NCBI GenBank assembly: GCA_049970935.1 | Contig: JBMFLZ010000002.1 | Coordinates: forward strand, 998-64,997 | From: Sulfolobales archaeon | Lineage (GTDB): Archaea > Thermoproteota > Thermoprotei_A > Sulfolobales > AG1 | Direction: 5' to 3' | Length of the DNA: 64,000 bases | Shown: positions 47,750 through 57,159 of the stretch, piece by piece | Position numbering within the stretch: the first letter of the stretch is position 1 | Layout: each line of letters starts with the position of its first letter | Program-made: the position numbers and the translations under genes | Notes under the pieces: generated by a model | The model's input: the letters and a program-made list of their open reading frames with translations, nothing else | The model's database searches: none | What the model was told of the DNA's origin: nothing

Positions 47750-48049
47750 TTGGGGATATACATGGAGTTGATAGAATTCGTTAGATACATAGCCCTTCAG
47801 ATAATGATGATTGGATGGATCATATTCTTAGTGACATGGATGATTGGATGGGTCCTCAGAGGAGCACCAATACCAATGACACGACTCAAGAAGACGGGGC
47901 ACTCTCTCATAGAAGATGCTGTGTGGGCAGCTTTCTGGCTGGCTATGGGTGGCACAGTATTTTCTCTTATTGTATACATAGTTAATACAATTGGTATGCC
48001 TATGCCACCACCACCCAGCAATGTAATTACACAATCAGCTTCTCCATAA
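47750..48049 (+). CDS. Small 2-TM membrane protein (paralogous to the N-terminus of the next gene)
   Basis: Two hydrophobic helices joined by RGAPIPMTRLKKTGHSLIEDA, with a Pro-rich tail PMPPPPS. The likely start is the ATG at 47762. Confidence 0.5.
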   Translation: MGIYMELIEFVRYIALQIMMIGWIIFLVTWMIGWVLRGAPIPMTRLKKTGHSLIEDAVWAAFWLAMGGTVFSLIVYIVNTIGMPMPPPPSNVITQSASP

Positions 48050-48099
48050 GGATCTAGCGAGATAACTTGTCAGTGACTAGATGATAAAGTGGCTAGATA

Positions 48100-49491
48100 A
48101 TGGAGATCAGTAATCTCTTAGAATTATCGTATTATCTAGCTTTTCTAAATTATGTCTTGGGAGCAGTTTTACTTGGCTCACCTCTACCATTTGCTTCTAT
48201 AAAGAGACTCGGCTATAATATGATGAAAGATTCTGTAGCAGGATTCGTTTTAGTCACCAGTTTTTACATAATTTTACAATTAATCAATTTTCTCAGAAGT
48301 TTAGTAGGTTCAAGCGCTAGCGATGTTGATTCTTGGTTCACAACTCAATTTATTACAATATCAGAGAAACTTGTATCATTAAAGCTTATATTAATAGCCT
48401 CTAATCCTGTGTTGAGAGCATTAATAGAGCCAATAATATCTGTTGCTGTATCGCTTCTGAGCACAGCTTTCACCAGTCTTTTTCTACTAAGAATAATTTA
48501 TAGTCTAGTTACGCAGAAAGGAGGTGTTCTGTTAGCCCTAGGAATACTTCTATATACGATACCACTAGGAATATTTAAGAGAGCAGGATCCCTACTAATA
48601 TCATTTGTAATAATATCAATGATCGCACTACCCGCAATACCAAATTTCGTGAATTTTCTCGCCTCAAATGTGGTTAACGCAAATACCTCATCAACCCAGA
48701 TACCGGGGCTGATTGCATATCCTTTGATAATAGTAAGAGATTTATCTGGAAATAATTTATCATATTCATACGCGAAATTTTATTTAGCAAGTGATCCTAG
48801 CAATATTATTGCTGCATATCCAGCCGATATAAGAGGTGTTATAGACTGTAAAACTCTGAATCATGGTTTGCCGGTAGAGAAAAATATTTTTGCGCATATT
48901 GAATTGTATGGTTGGTTATTTGAATCTAGCAACTCAATATATATAACACGAGATTGCTTGGAGAAACAATGCGTATTTTCGCTTAAGATATCTAGTATAA
49001 TGGTTTCTGATGCTCCTTACATAATTGTTCATACTCCTTACAGTATTGTTGCATATAATTACTCAAAACAAAATGTTGGGGATAACACTAGGCAAATAAT
49101 GATCTATGTGGTCACGTCTTCAAGTGATGATTTCTATGTGACATTCCCAGCGACAACAAAGATTCAGATGCTAGAAATAAATAGTGAAAATACCATTCAT
49201 AAAGTAATTGAGTGGTCATGGAATGGGGTATCAGGATACACATATGTATCTAAGTTGAATCCTGGGTTAAACAGGATCATTATACTCTATAACTTTACGG
49301 AGCCTCCTCAACCTATAAGTGAAATCATTCCATACACATCTAATAATACTGTTTCAGAAAATACTATGGAAAGTATCTTATCTGATGTTATATCTATTCT
49401 AATAATATCTACGTTTTTACCCTCTATATATGTCACACTTATACTCATGGCTACTAATGCGTTATCTAAGATCTTAAGCGCGAGAGGCTGA
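48100..49491 (+). CDS. Polytopic membrane protein with large extracytoplasmic beta-rich domain
   Basis: About 6 N-terminal TM helices, a ~220-aa domain rich in N-x-S/T sequons, and a C-terminal TM anchor. The first two helices plus loop (GSPLPFASIKRLGYNMMKDSV) mirror the upstream small protein. Confidence 0.6.
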   Translation: MEISNLLELSYYLAFLNYVLGAVLLGSPLPFASIKRLGYNMMKDSVAGFVLVTSFYIILQLINFLRSLVGSSASDVDSWFTTQFITISEKLVSLKLILIASNPVLRALIEPIISVAVSLLSTAFTSLFLLRIIYSLVTQKGGVLLALGILLYTIPLGIFKRAGSLLISFVIISMIALPAIPNFVNFLASNVVNANTSSTQIPGLIAYPLIIVRDLSGNNLSYSYAKFYLASDPSNIIAAYPADIRGVIDCKTLNHGLPVEKNIFAHIELYGWLFESSNSIYITRDCLEKQCVFSLKISSIMVSDAPYIIVHTPYSIVAYNYSKQNVGDNTRQIMIYVVTSSSDDFYVTFPATTKIQMLEINSENTIHKVIEWSWNGVSGYTYVSKLNPGLNRIIILYNFTEPPQPISEIIPYTSNNTVSENTMESILSDVISILIISTFLPSIYVTLILMATNALSKILSARG

Positions 49492-49499
49492 GATCTTAT

Positions 49500-49757
49500 T
49501 TACTTCTTTTGACCTTGCTCAACAACTATCATTGTTAATGTGGCTTTGACATTAGGAATCTTTCTTATTTTACCAGCAACAATATCTTTTAGTTTATCAA
49601 TAGAATCTGTTTTAATTTTAGCAAGAATATCATATATGCCGTAAACAATGTATATTTCCTTAACCTCCTCAAAAGATTTTAGTTTCTCGACAACCTCTGA
49701 TTCATTACCTACCTCGGTATTTATAAGCACAAGAGCCTCAACCATCTTTTTAACCAA
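49500..49757 (-). CDS. Stand-alone Lrp/AsnC-type ligand-binding (RAM) domain protein
   Basis: An 85-aa beta-alpha-beta-beta-alpha-beta pattern (ALVLINTEVG...IYIVYGIYDILAKIK...TLTMIVVE) with no HTH. Confidence 0.7.
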   Translation of the reverse strand: MVKKMVEALVLINTEVGNESEVVEKLKSFEEVKEIYIVYGIYDILAKIKTDSIDKLKDIVAGKIRKIPNVKATLTMIVVEQGQKK

Positions 49758-49938
49758 AGTATTGAAATACTTAATATAAATATAAGCATTTATACTTGAT
49801 TGATAGAGATTTATTGATATTAAAGATCTTAATGATTATAAAAGATTTGTATAAATTGTATAAATTTAAATTAAGTGTTTTCGGCATATTTTTATTTGAA
49901 ATAGAAACACTATATGTTTTTAAATTTATGGTAGTAAT

Positions 49939-51369
49939 TCATCTTATATAGAAATTACTTAGATCAATTAATATATTCCTTTTTCTACAAATTTTCTCTC
50001 TCCCATACCTCTGCAGAGGTTTTGATAAATGCTTCATATTTCTTATTGGTGGTTTCAATATTATGTTCTCCTCAATACCTGATCTAGGTATCTCCTCAAC
50101 TAATTTTTTTCCTAAAGGATCTATATAGCCACATTTTGGACACTTAAATCCTTTCCCAGATCCTCTACTAACCATTCTAGCACCACAGCGAGGACACAAA
50201 GGATTTTTCTCAATAAATCTCTTAGTTAGCCGCAGAATCTTTATCATTTCCACATTTATAATCACTTTATCTGAGCCTTCTAACCCTGATATCGGCTTTA
50301 CTGAACCTCCTATTAACACTAAATCCCCTCTCACTAATTTTCTCACAATCTCTCTAGCTTTACCAAATTCTCTATAGATCGCGACCTTAGCCTTTACGTC
50401 TCTATCATAAGGATCCGAGACACTAATAAATATATCACCACCTCGCATCACGACAGGTTCTTCATCTATTAGAACCTCGAAAAGCCCTGTTCGATAAGGT
50501 TTAGCTTCACTGAGTTTCCTGGGTATAAGATGCTGATCTGTTGCTTGATTAGTTTTAAAAATAAGATATTCATCGACACCTGATGGATCAAGTATCTTGA
50601 CGGCCTTTAGCAATACCTCAGGGCTCTCTCCCCTTATTCCTAGAACCACAGGTCTTCCTAACCGAGATCTTATCAAGATCTTCTTGGTCTCAGGATCTAT
50701 GTTATTGAAAGTAAGAGGATAAGTAGCTTCATTCATCAAGTATACTTTCTCAGGATCTATGTACACATCATTGTTTCTCAAAGAGTATCCTAAGATCTCA
50801 TACGTGCAATCATTTTCTATAAAATGATGCGCTACAGAAGCTAAGGCTCCAATTAATCCTCTACCACGTAAAATTATTCTTCCTCCTAACTTTCTTATCA
50901 GCCTCTCAGAAATTTCAAGTTGTATGATATCTGTTAGAGCCCTTATATAATATTCCCTTAATAATGATAGTGTATCACCTCTTACACCACTCAGAAACAC
51001 GATGCCTGGTTCTACGCCTTCCCCTGAATCTATTTTATCACTCAAAGACTTGATTATTTCTATTATTTCATCAATAGTATGTTCATAGGTGTAGAGGTGT
51101 ATAGAAACAGCTCCATTACCTCTCGTCTTAAAGGGTATTGATGGATTTAATCTCGTTAGATACGGATAATCTCCGAAGAATATATTTTTACTCAGCCCAG
51201 ATCTAATTAGCTCACTAATAAACTCTCTCAGAAAATTTGTAGAACAACCAAATAAGAATCTATCTGTATCATCGATACCTACATACACTTCTATAAGTTC
51301 TTCTCTTTTAATTCTTTTTTGATCCATTGATCTATGGTCAGTATCATTTTTTAAATCCTGAGTAAGCAA
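49939..51369 (-). CDS. tiaS: tRNA(Ile2) 2-agmatinylcytidine synthetase TiaS
   Basis: VGIDDTD motif near the N-terminus, an OB-like middle region, and a C-terminal zinc ribbon CPRCG...CPKCG. The start is probably an internal Met. Confidence 0.8.
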   Translation of the reverse strand: MLTQDLKNDTDHRSMDQKRIKREELIEVYVGIDDTDRFLFGCSTNFLREFISELIRSGLSKNIFFGDYPYLTRLNPSIPFKTRGNGAVSIHLYTYEHTIDEIIEIIKSLSDKIDSGEGVEPGIVFLSGVRGDTLSLLREYYIRALTDIIQLEISERLIRKLGGRIILRGRGLIGALASVAHHFIENDCTYEILGYSLRNNDVYIDPEKVYLMNEATYPLTFNNIDPETKKILIRSRLGRPVVLGIRGESPEVLLKAVKILDPSGVDEYLIFKTNQATDQHLIPRKLSEAKPYRTGLFEVLIDEEPVVMRGGDIFISVSDPYDRDVKAKVAIYREFGKAREIVRKLVRGDLVLIGGSVKPISGLEGSDKVIINVEMIKILRLTKRFIEKNPLCPRCGARMVSRGSGKGFKCPKCGYIDPLGKKLVEEIPRSGIEENIILKPPIRNMKHLSKPLQRYGREKICRKRNILIDLSNFYIR

Positions 51370-51443
51370 TTTACCTATTCTCTCCGGAATAATATATTTA
51401 CGTAATCTACTTAATTTTCATAGAAGTATTTCTATACTGGGAA

Positions 51444-52535
51444 ATGATAGAGACAAAAATTATTAGAATAGATCCATTTAATATAAATAGAGATCTTTTG
51501 AAAGAAGCTAGTCTTATTATTCAGAAAGGGGGATTAGTAGCTTTCCCGACAGAAACTGTCTATGGATTAGGAGCAGATGTATTTAACACAGAGGCTTTGA
51601 AAAGGATCTTTGCAGTTAAAAGAAGACCTATGGATAATCCACTAATAATACATATATGCAGAAAAGAGGACGTGTATGAAGTCGCTGAAGAGGTTCCTAA
51701 AGAAGCCACTAAATTAATAGAGGAAATGTGGCCTGGTCCACTAACACTTATTCTCAGAAAATCAAAAGAGATTCCTTACGAAGCTACTGGAGGGCTGGAA
51801 ACAGTTGCTGTTAGAATGCCTGCTCATCCCGTAGCTCTAGAATTTATCTGTCTCTCAGACACATTTATCGCTGCACCAAGTGCAAATATCTCTGGCAGAC
51901 CTAGTCCTACAAAAGCTGAGCATGTGATCAGAGATTTCTATGGAATAATAGAAGCGATAATAGATTCTGGAGAGACACTCTTTGGGATAGAGTCTACGAT
52001 ACTTAATGTCTTAACAGATCCTCCCACACTACTTCGCCCAGGTGCGTATCCCGTGGAACTAATTATGGAGATATTAAGAAGAGAGATCTCTATACCACCA
52101 TTCGCTAAAGGATTTGGAGAGGCTGATATAGCTCTAGCGCCAGGGACAAAATATAGACACTACGCACCTAATACACCTCTCATACTTATTGAATCCTCTA
52201 ATTACTCAATGTTTAACTTAGATAAAATAGTTAATGAGATCTTCAGTAGAGTAATTAATGATCTCAAGAGCAATAAGAGAGTAGCTGTTATAGCATCACG
52301 AGAAACTATCAATAAATATCGCAACTTATTAGAGAACTACGAAAATGTGATTATTATTGATATTGGGTCTAGAAGTAATCTATACGAGATAGCTAAAAGA
52401 ATCTTTGATACCTTTAGAAGACTCGATGACCTAGGTGTAGATATAGCTTATATAGAAGGTTTTGAAGAGAGAGGTATAGGCTTATCTATTATGAATCGAA
52501 TACGTAAGGCTGCTACTCAGAAAATCAGGATCTAG
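51444..52535 (+). CDS. sua5: L-threonylcarbamoyladenylate synthase (Sua5/YrdC + Sua5 domain)
   Basis: GGLVAFPTETVYGLGAD, KRRPMDNPLIIH, SANISGRPSPT, and a C-terminal Sua5 domain. Confidence 0.9.
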   Translation: MIETKIIRIDPFNINRDLLKEASLIIQKGGLVAFPTETVYGLGADVFNTEALKRIFAVKRRPMDNPLIIHICRKEDVYEVAEEVPKEATKLIEEMWPGPLTLILRKSKEIPYEATGGLETVAVRMPAHPVALEFICLSDTFIAAPSANISGRPSPTKAEHVIRDFYGIIEAIIDSGETLFGIESTILNVLTDPPTLLRPGAYPVELIMEILRREISIPPFAKGFGEADIALAPGTKYRHYAPNTPLILIESSNYSMFNLDKIVNEIFSRVINDLKSNKRVAVIASRETINKYRNLLENYENVIIIDIGSRSNLYEIAKRIFDTFRRLDDLGVDIAYIEGFEERGIGLSIMNRIRKAATQKIRI

Positions 52536-54058
52536 CTAGATTCTTGAAAACCAGATCTTTTTATGTCTCTTGTTTTTAACCACTCGTCTACAGGATCAAT
52601 ATCTACACCAGATATTTTCTCGGATACATGATCTATCTTAACAACTGCTGGGATCCGGATCCAGTGCCCTAGCAAAATAGCCTCGCCTATGTTGAGACTC
52701 GGTAGCTGATCTATGATCTCCTCAGTCATATACTCGGATACATGTGAGATAAATGCTTGATCCTCTGGTTGAATAATTCTCATAATAGCCCAAGAGCCTA
52801 TCTGGCTCATAATATCAGGATCTAATCCTCTGGGTCTCTGAGAAACAATACCTACTCCTACACCAAATTTTCTTCCTTCTCTAACTATTGTTTCAACGCG
52901 ATATTTACTTAATGTATCTTTCTCTGAAGGAATATATATGTGCGCTTCCTCGAGAAAAATCATTATAGGATGTATAAGACCTCTATCTATTCTCGAGCTA
53001 CTTTTCTTCAGCCATGTTACACGTTTTCTCTCTTCTAATATTCTATAGAGCCAGTGTGATACTAAAGCATCTATCTGTGATAATGTTAATCCCGTAAGAT
53101 CTACTACATTAAGTCTTGATAACTCAATTTGATCTATTACATCCCTGGCATTATCATATAAAAGATTCTTTAGAAAAATCTTGTTACTCTCAACAAGATC
53201 TATTACTGCTTGGGCAGCATCTCTCATCTCGCTTCTACTAGTTTTAATACTTTCACTCTTAACACAGTTAATAAAATGCTCTAAGAAAGATTTTTCTTTC
53301 TCTAAGTCAACTTTATTCTTACAAACCCTCACTATCAACTCTTGATTCTTTGCACCCGCTCTCACACCTATTATTCGTGCGAATTCTTGCCAAGTTAAGG
53401 ATCTCGGGTTAAGTTTAGCGTCGATCACCGTGGGATATTCTCCATCTATTCTCAGATCCTTATACTCACCGTGGTAATCAAATATTACGACTGTTCCTCC
53501 TCTCTTAACAATCTCTTTACTCAATAAGGCAACCATATTGCTTTTTCCCATACCGGTCATTGCGATGATCGCTAGATGTCTCTGAACTATTCTATTAAGA
53601 TCTATTTTAACCTCTACATCAGGATTTCTAAGCAGTACTCCAATTCTGCACCATCTATAATCGGCTGGAGAAAAGATCTTAGATAATGTTGCTGAGGAGG
53701 CTCTATAAACCTCTGTGCCAGGTGGTGGTGCTACTGGGGGCATCCTCAGGCTCTCTACTTCACCTAGTATCCTGAAGAATCCTTTGTAATATATGGATCT
53801 ACTATCCACTTTCAGTATATTAGCTACTTTGCCGAGATCTGTTGCCGAAATATTTTCATCGATGATTAATGATCCTGCAACACTACTCTGGACCAAACCA
53901 ATTACGTGATATCGATCATATTTCAACTCTATGTACTCTCCCAACATTGGTGGTTTAAGCGCTAGGAACACTCCTCCGTGAGGTTTGCTCTCCCCAATTA
54001 CGTAGCCTAATAATTCTTCTTCATTTCTAATTTTCCTAGGGGCTCCTAAAGAACTCAT
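52532..54058 (-). CDS. herA: HerA-like hexameric ATPase/helicase
   Basis: N-terminal HAS-barrel-like GYVIGES..., RHLAIIAMTGMGKSN (Walker A), IVIFDYHGEY, IMIFLEEAHIYIP (Walker B) and VSQRP. Directly downstream of nurA. Confidence 0.8.
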   Translation of the reverse strand: MSSLGAPRKIRNEEELLGYVIGESKPHGGVFLALKPPMLGEYIELKYDRYHVIGLVQSSVAGSLIIDENISATDLGKVANILKVDSRSIYYKGFFRILGEVESLRMPPVAPPPGTEVYRASSATLSKIFSPADYRWCRIGVLLRNPDVEVKIDLNRIVQRHLAIIAMTGMGKSNMVALLSKEIVKRGGTVVIFDYHGEYKDLRIDGEYPTVIDAKLNPRSLTWQEFARIIGVRAGAKNQELIVRVCKNKVDLEKEKSFLEHFINCVKSESIKTSRSEMRDAAQAVIDLVESNKIFLKNLLYDNARDVIDQIELSRLNVVDLTGLTLSQIDALVSHWLYRILEERKRVTWLKKSSSRIDRGLIHPIMIFLEEAHIYIPSEKDTLSKYRVETIVREGRKFGVGVGIVSQRPRGLDPDIMSQIGSWAIMRIIQPEDQAFISHVSEYMTEEIIDQLPSLNIGEAILLGHWIRIPAVVKIDHVSEKISGVDIDPVDEWLKTRDIKRSGFQESS

Positions 54059-54062
54059 ATAG

Positions 54063-54974
54063 TCACCTAAGCTTTATTTTGTTTCTTAGATCAGCTATAT
54101 CTAGTAGATTAAATATCTTCATAATGTCTTCGTCAGAGATCCTAACCAATTTATCTATTAATGATAAAATTATTGGGTACCCGTTATGACTCATACTGTA
54201 TAGAATATCTAAAATTTTTCTCAGATAATCCATATCGCCACTCTCCTTTAAATACTCTATTCTTAAAATAGGTTTCTTAGCCTCTAATCTAATATAGGCT
54301 ATACTGATCTTAAACTCTACCCCTAGAAACTCTATATTAAATGTGGAATGCTTCGCAAAACCTATTTCTGATGTATACTCCTCTAAGAGATATATATCTG
54401 GTTTATTATAAAAGCCACCTACAACATTTCTCATGAGATCCTGTGATCCGCTATTCTTAGCTATGAAAATTATCTTTGATAGATCCTTGTTAGATAAAGT
54501 ATCTACTATATCTTTTAATTGCCTTGATAATTTTATGTCTGGTTTCTCTCTCAGATATTTATTGATTGAATAGATCTTTTTAATAAATGATCCATCGACG
54601 AGAATCAGTTTATTATTAAGATCTATTGTTTCCTTAAGAACTTCAAACTCGGATCTTATAGATCTTATGTCTAGGAAATCCTTAGGATCATCTGTTAGAT
54701 CTCTGATATCGATCTCAGCATACTCATATTTATTTGAGCATGTATCTATGTAGCCAGCATTTAAAACATATAGGTAATACCCTCTTAATTCAACCCAATT
54801 ATAACCACTATCTATAGATCCAATACATCCTGGATCAGAAATTATTTGTGGTTTATACCTAATCCAGATTTCCTGGAGTTTCTCTAATACCTCTAGTGGA
54901 GGAGCCTCGTAGAGAGTATTTAGAATCTTATTTTTAGCACTGTATATAATATCAAAGGTTTTTATAAGCATCAC
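54063..54974 (-). CDS. nurA: NurA-domain nuclease
   Basis: CIGSIDSGY and KLILVDGSF resemble the two Asp-containing NurA motifs. RNase-H-like size. Coupled to herA with a 4-nt gap. Confidence 0.65.
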   Translation of the reverse strand: MMLIKTFDIIYSAKNKILNTLYEAPPLEVLEKLQEIWIRYKPQIISDPGCIGSIDSGYNWVELRGYYLYVLNAGYIDTCSNKYEYAEIDIRDLTDDPKDFLDIRSIRSEFEVLKETIDLNNKLILVDGSFIKKIYSINKYLREKPDIKLSRQLKDIVDTLSNKDLSKIIFIAKNSGSQDLMRNVVGGFYNKPDIYLLEEYTSEIGFAKHSTFNIEFLGVEFKISIAYIRLEAKKPILRIEYLKESGDMDYLRKILDILYSMSHNGYPIILSLIDKLVRISDEDIMKIFNLLDIADLRNKIKLR

Positions 54975-55095
54975 TTCATCAATAATATAATTTTGTGAGA
55001 CATATAGATATTTGTTTACTCTCTTAACAATGATAGTTGATAGCGAGGAGAAACTTATATATTTTCTTCTGAAATTTAAATATAGTGTGACGACT

Positions 55096-55533
55096 ATGTC
55101 AGAGAAGATCCCTCAGTGGATGCCTCCTGAGTGGCTTAAGATCAAATATAGAGGAAAGACTATTTTAGAGCTCTTGGAGATGCCTATGGATGAAGTAGTT
55201 AAACTACTGCCTTCGAGAGCTAGAAGAAGTCTTAGAAGAGGATTATCAGAGGAGAAAAAGAAGCTACTAGAGAAAGTAATCGCTGCCAGAAGAGCCTTGG
55301 AGCAGGGTAAGAAAGTAGTTATTAAGACACATGTGAGAGACATGATTATACTACCTATAATGGTTGGTTTAACAATAGCTGTTTACAACGGTAAAGAGTA
55401 TGTGCCAGTAACAATTACCCCTGAAATGATTGGGCATTATCTAGGTGAGTATTCAATAACTACTAAGAAGGTTGAACACGGCGAACCTGGTCTAAAGGCT
55501 ACTAGAAGTAGTTTATTTGTTGCAATGAAGTGA
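55096..55533 (+). CDS. rps19p: Ribosomal protein uS19 (S19p/S15e)
   Basis: [66 protein letters not shown]. The tracked TTG start at 55012 is unlikely. Confidence 0.9.
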   Translation: MSEKIPQWMPPEWLKIKYRGKTILELLEMPMDEVVKLLPSRARRSLRRGLSEEKKKLLEKVIAARRALEQGKKVVIKTHVRDMIILPIMVGLTIAVYNGKEYVPVTITPEMIGHYLGEYSITTKKVEHGEPGLKATRSSLFVAMK

Positions 55534-55560
55534 ACACACCTTCTCGATAACTCATTGATA

Positions 55561-56145
55561 TCATTGTCTTTTTGTTTCTTTTTGAATAATAATCACACTT
55601 TTACTAAATATCTCTTTGATCTTATCTAGATCACCTGATAATACGTAGATCTCTCCATCCTCAGCCTTAAATACTTCGTACTCGCCCAACTCATACGCTA
55701 GAGACGTAAGTGCGCATATGATCGCGTCTTTATCATCTTTATTAAAGATCTGTCTTATATAGAGATCTATTATGGACCCTACTCTAGATAGACGTTCACT
55801 ACTTCTAGGATGAGTCTCTAGTATGATCCCTTCATAATTCCTCTGTTTTAATTTTTCTAGCAATTCAAGATTTCTTATGACAAGATCTCTTATGAAACTA
55901 GGTGGAAATACCCGAAGACCTCTTCTAATCATTATTTTCTCTACTTCTCTATAGCCTCTAGATAAGGTGAATGGTGCATCTATAGATAATATGTTGCATT
56001 CGCCAATTGCATCAATAATTTCATCAAGAGTGTTTCGTTTATCAATCTTAATCTTTATAGAGTTTTCTTCTACAATGATCTTAGCAATACTACTACTTCT
56101 TTTAATAGAAAGATCTATTCCGCAAAATATCTTGCTTCTTAGCAT
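55561..56145 (-). CDS. RNase-H-fold predicted nuclease (DUF429-like)
   Basis: GIDLS near the N-terminus, SIDAPF, ETHPRSS, and KDDKDAIICALTS in the order seen in DUF429/COG2410-type proteins (from memory). Confidence 0.5.
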   Translation of the reverse strand: MLRSKIFCGIDLSIKRSSSIAKIIVEENSIKIKIDKRNTLDEIIDAIGECNILSIDAPFTLSRGYREVEKIMIRRGLRVFPPSFIRDLVIRNLELLEKLKQRNYEGIILETHPRSSERLSRVGSIIDLYIRQIFNKDDKDAIICALTSLAYELGEYEVFKAEDGEIYVLSGDLDKIKEIFSKSVIIIQKETKRQ

Positions 56146-56690
56146 TAACGTCTCCTAACGGATCTTAAGAGATCTTCAGCTAGTTCTCTTGCTAATTTCT
56201 CAGGATCTCTTCTATAGTACTTTATAGTAGCGTTTCGCCTTGGATCAATATATGGATTAAATACTTGTTCAAGTAGATCACTTGGATAATTATATCCTGT
56301 TAAAACATAAGAGTTTTTATTATTAGAATATGCTATAAAGATCTCTATTATTGTACCAGCATATCCGCCGACGGCCACTAAAACATCTCCTGACAAAACT
56401 AAGGTTTCTGATCTCTGTCTCATACTAAGACCGGTATACACTGGTATATAACACTCTTCTCTAGGAACCTCTGGTATCTCTGTTATATTATATGGAAGAA
56501 TAAATACATTTTTAACACCATATTTACAAGCCTCATCAGCTATAACCTTCATAGTTCCGTAGTATCCTCCTAAGTAGAAGATCATGTTATGATCCAAGAG
56601 ATCAACTAGAGATTTAATTAATTTCTTAATGTCCTCATATAGGTCTTTAGTCGGAGGATCACTATGTGCAGCAAAAGAAATTCTATACAT
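56145..56690 (-). CDS. SLOG/LOG-like Rossmann protein (TIGR00725-like)
   Basis: LGGYYGTMKVIADEA and AVGGYAGTIIE resemble the GGxxG...PGGxGTxxE pair of the LOG/SLOG superfamily. Confidence 0.6.
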   Translation of the reverse strand: MYRISFAAHSDPPTKDLYEDIKKLIKSLVDLLDHNMIFYLGGYYGTMKVIADEACKYGVKNVFILPYNITEIPEVPREECYIPVYTGLSMRQRSETLVLSGDVLVAVGGYAGTIIEIFIAYSNNKNSYVLTGYNYPSDLLEQVFNPYIDPRRNATIKYYRRDPEKLARELAEDLLRSVRRR

Positions 56691-56718
56691 ATTTGTATCC
56701 CCCGAGAAATGATCTAAA

Positions 56719-57159
56719 TTATCTCAACAGCATTAATGGTATAATACCTATGTATGGTATTTTAATCACTACCCCATTTCCTAAACTTATGACTTTCCCA
56801 ACCACTGATCTAAAGTCTATGCCAGGCTCTCCTGGGTTGTTAGGAGGATCTGGAATAGGATTATTATCACCCTTAGTTATATAATAGTAAATGCCTTTAT
56901 AGATCTTTATCTCTATTACTCTGTGAATAATTAATTCGCCATTAGGTCTCTTAAAGACTATTACATCTCCCACACTAATTTCCCTGGGATCACTTACTGG
57001 GATCATAAAAACAATATCTCCTGTATTTAGAGTAGGCTCCATACTACGTCCTTCAATAACAGCTAAAAAGTGAGTATTTGATAATCTCCCGTATAGAGAT
57101 AATCCAAGTAGAAATACTACTATAACTATCAAGAGAAGATCTGTTTTTTTAATCCTCAT
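56719..57159 (-). CDS. Signal peptidase I (archaeal Sec11/S26B type)
   Basis: N-terminal TM helix, GRSMEPT (Ser nucleophile), IHRVI (His), and KGDNN. Confidence 0.8.
   Translation of the reverse strand: MRIKKTDLLLIVIVVFLLGLSLYGRLSNTHFLAVIEGRSMEPTLNTGDIVFMIPVSDPREISVGDVIVFKRPNGELIIHRVIEIKIYKGIYYYITKGDNNPIPDPPNNPGEPGIDFRSVVGKVISLGNGVVIKIPYIGIIPLMLLR

Noticed and set aside
49758-49938. AT-rich 181-bp spacer as a replication origin
   Set aside because: No ORB-like inverted repeats are present, no cdc6/orc1 or whiP gene is nearby, and there is only one short tandem 9-mer. It is more consistent with a promoter/terminator spacer.
52532-54058. HerA-like ATPase as the missing CedB/VirB4-type motor for the membrane pair at 47750-49491
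   Set aside because: It is translationally coupled to a NurA nuclease and has a HerA-type HAS-barrel N-terminus. It lies 3 kb away on the opposite strand with unrelated genes in between. Nothing supports a functional link.
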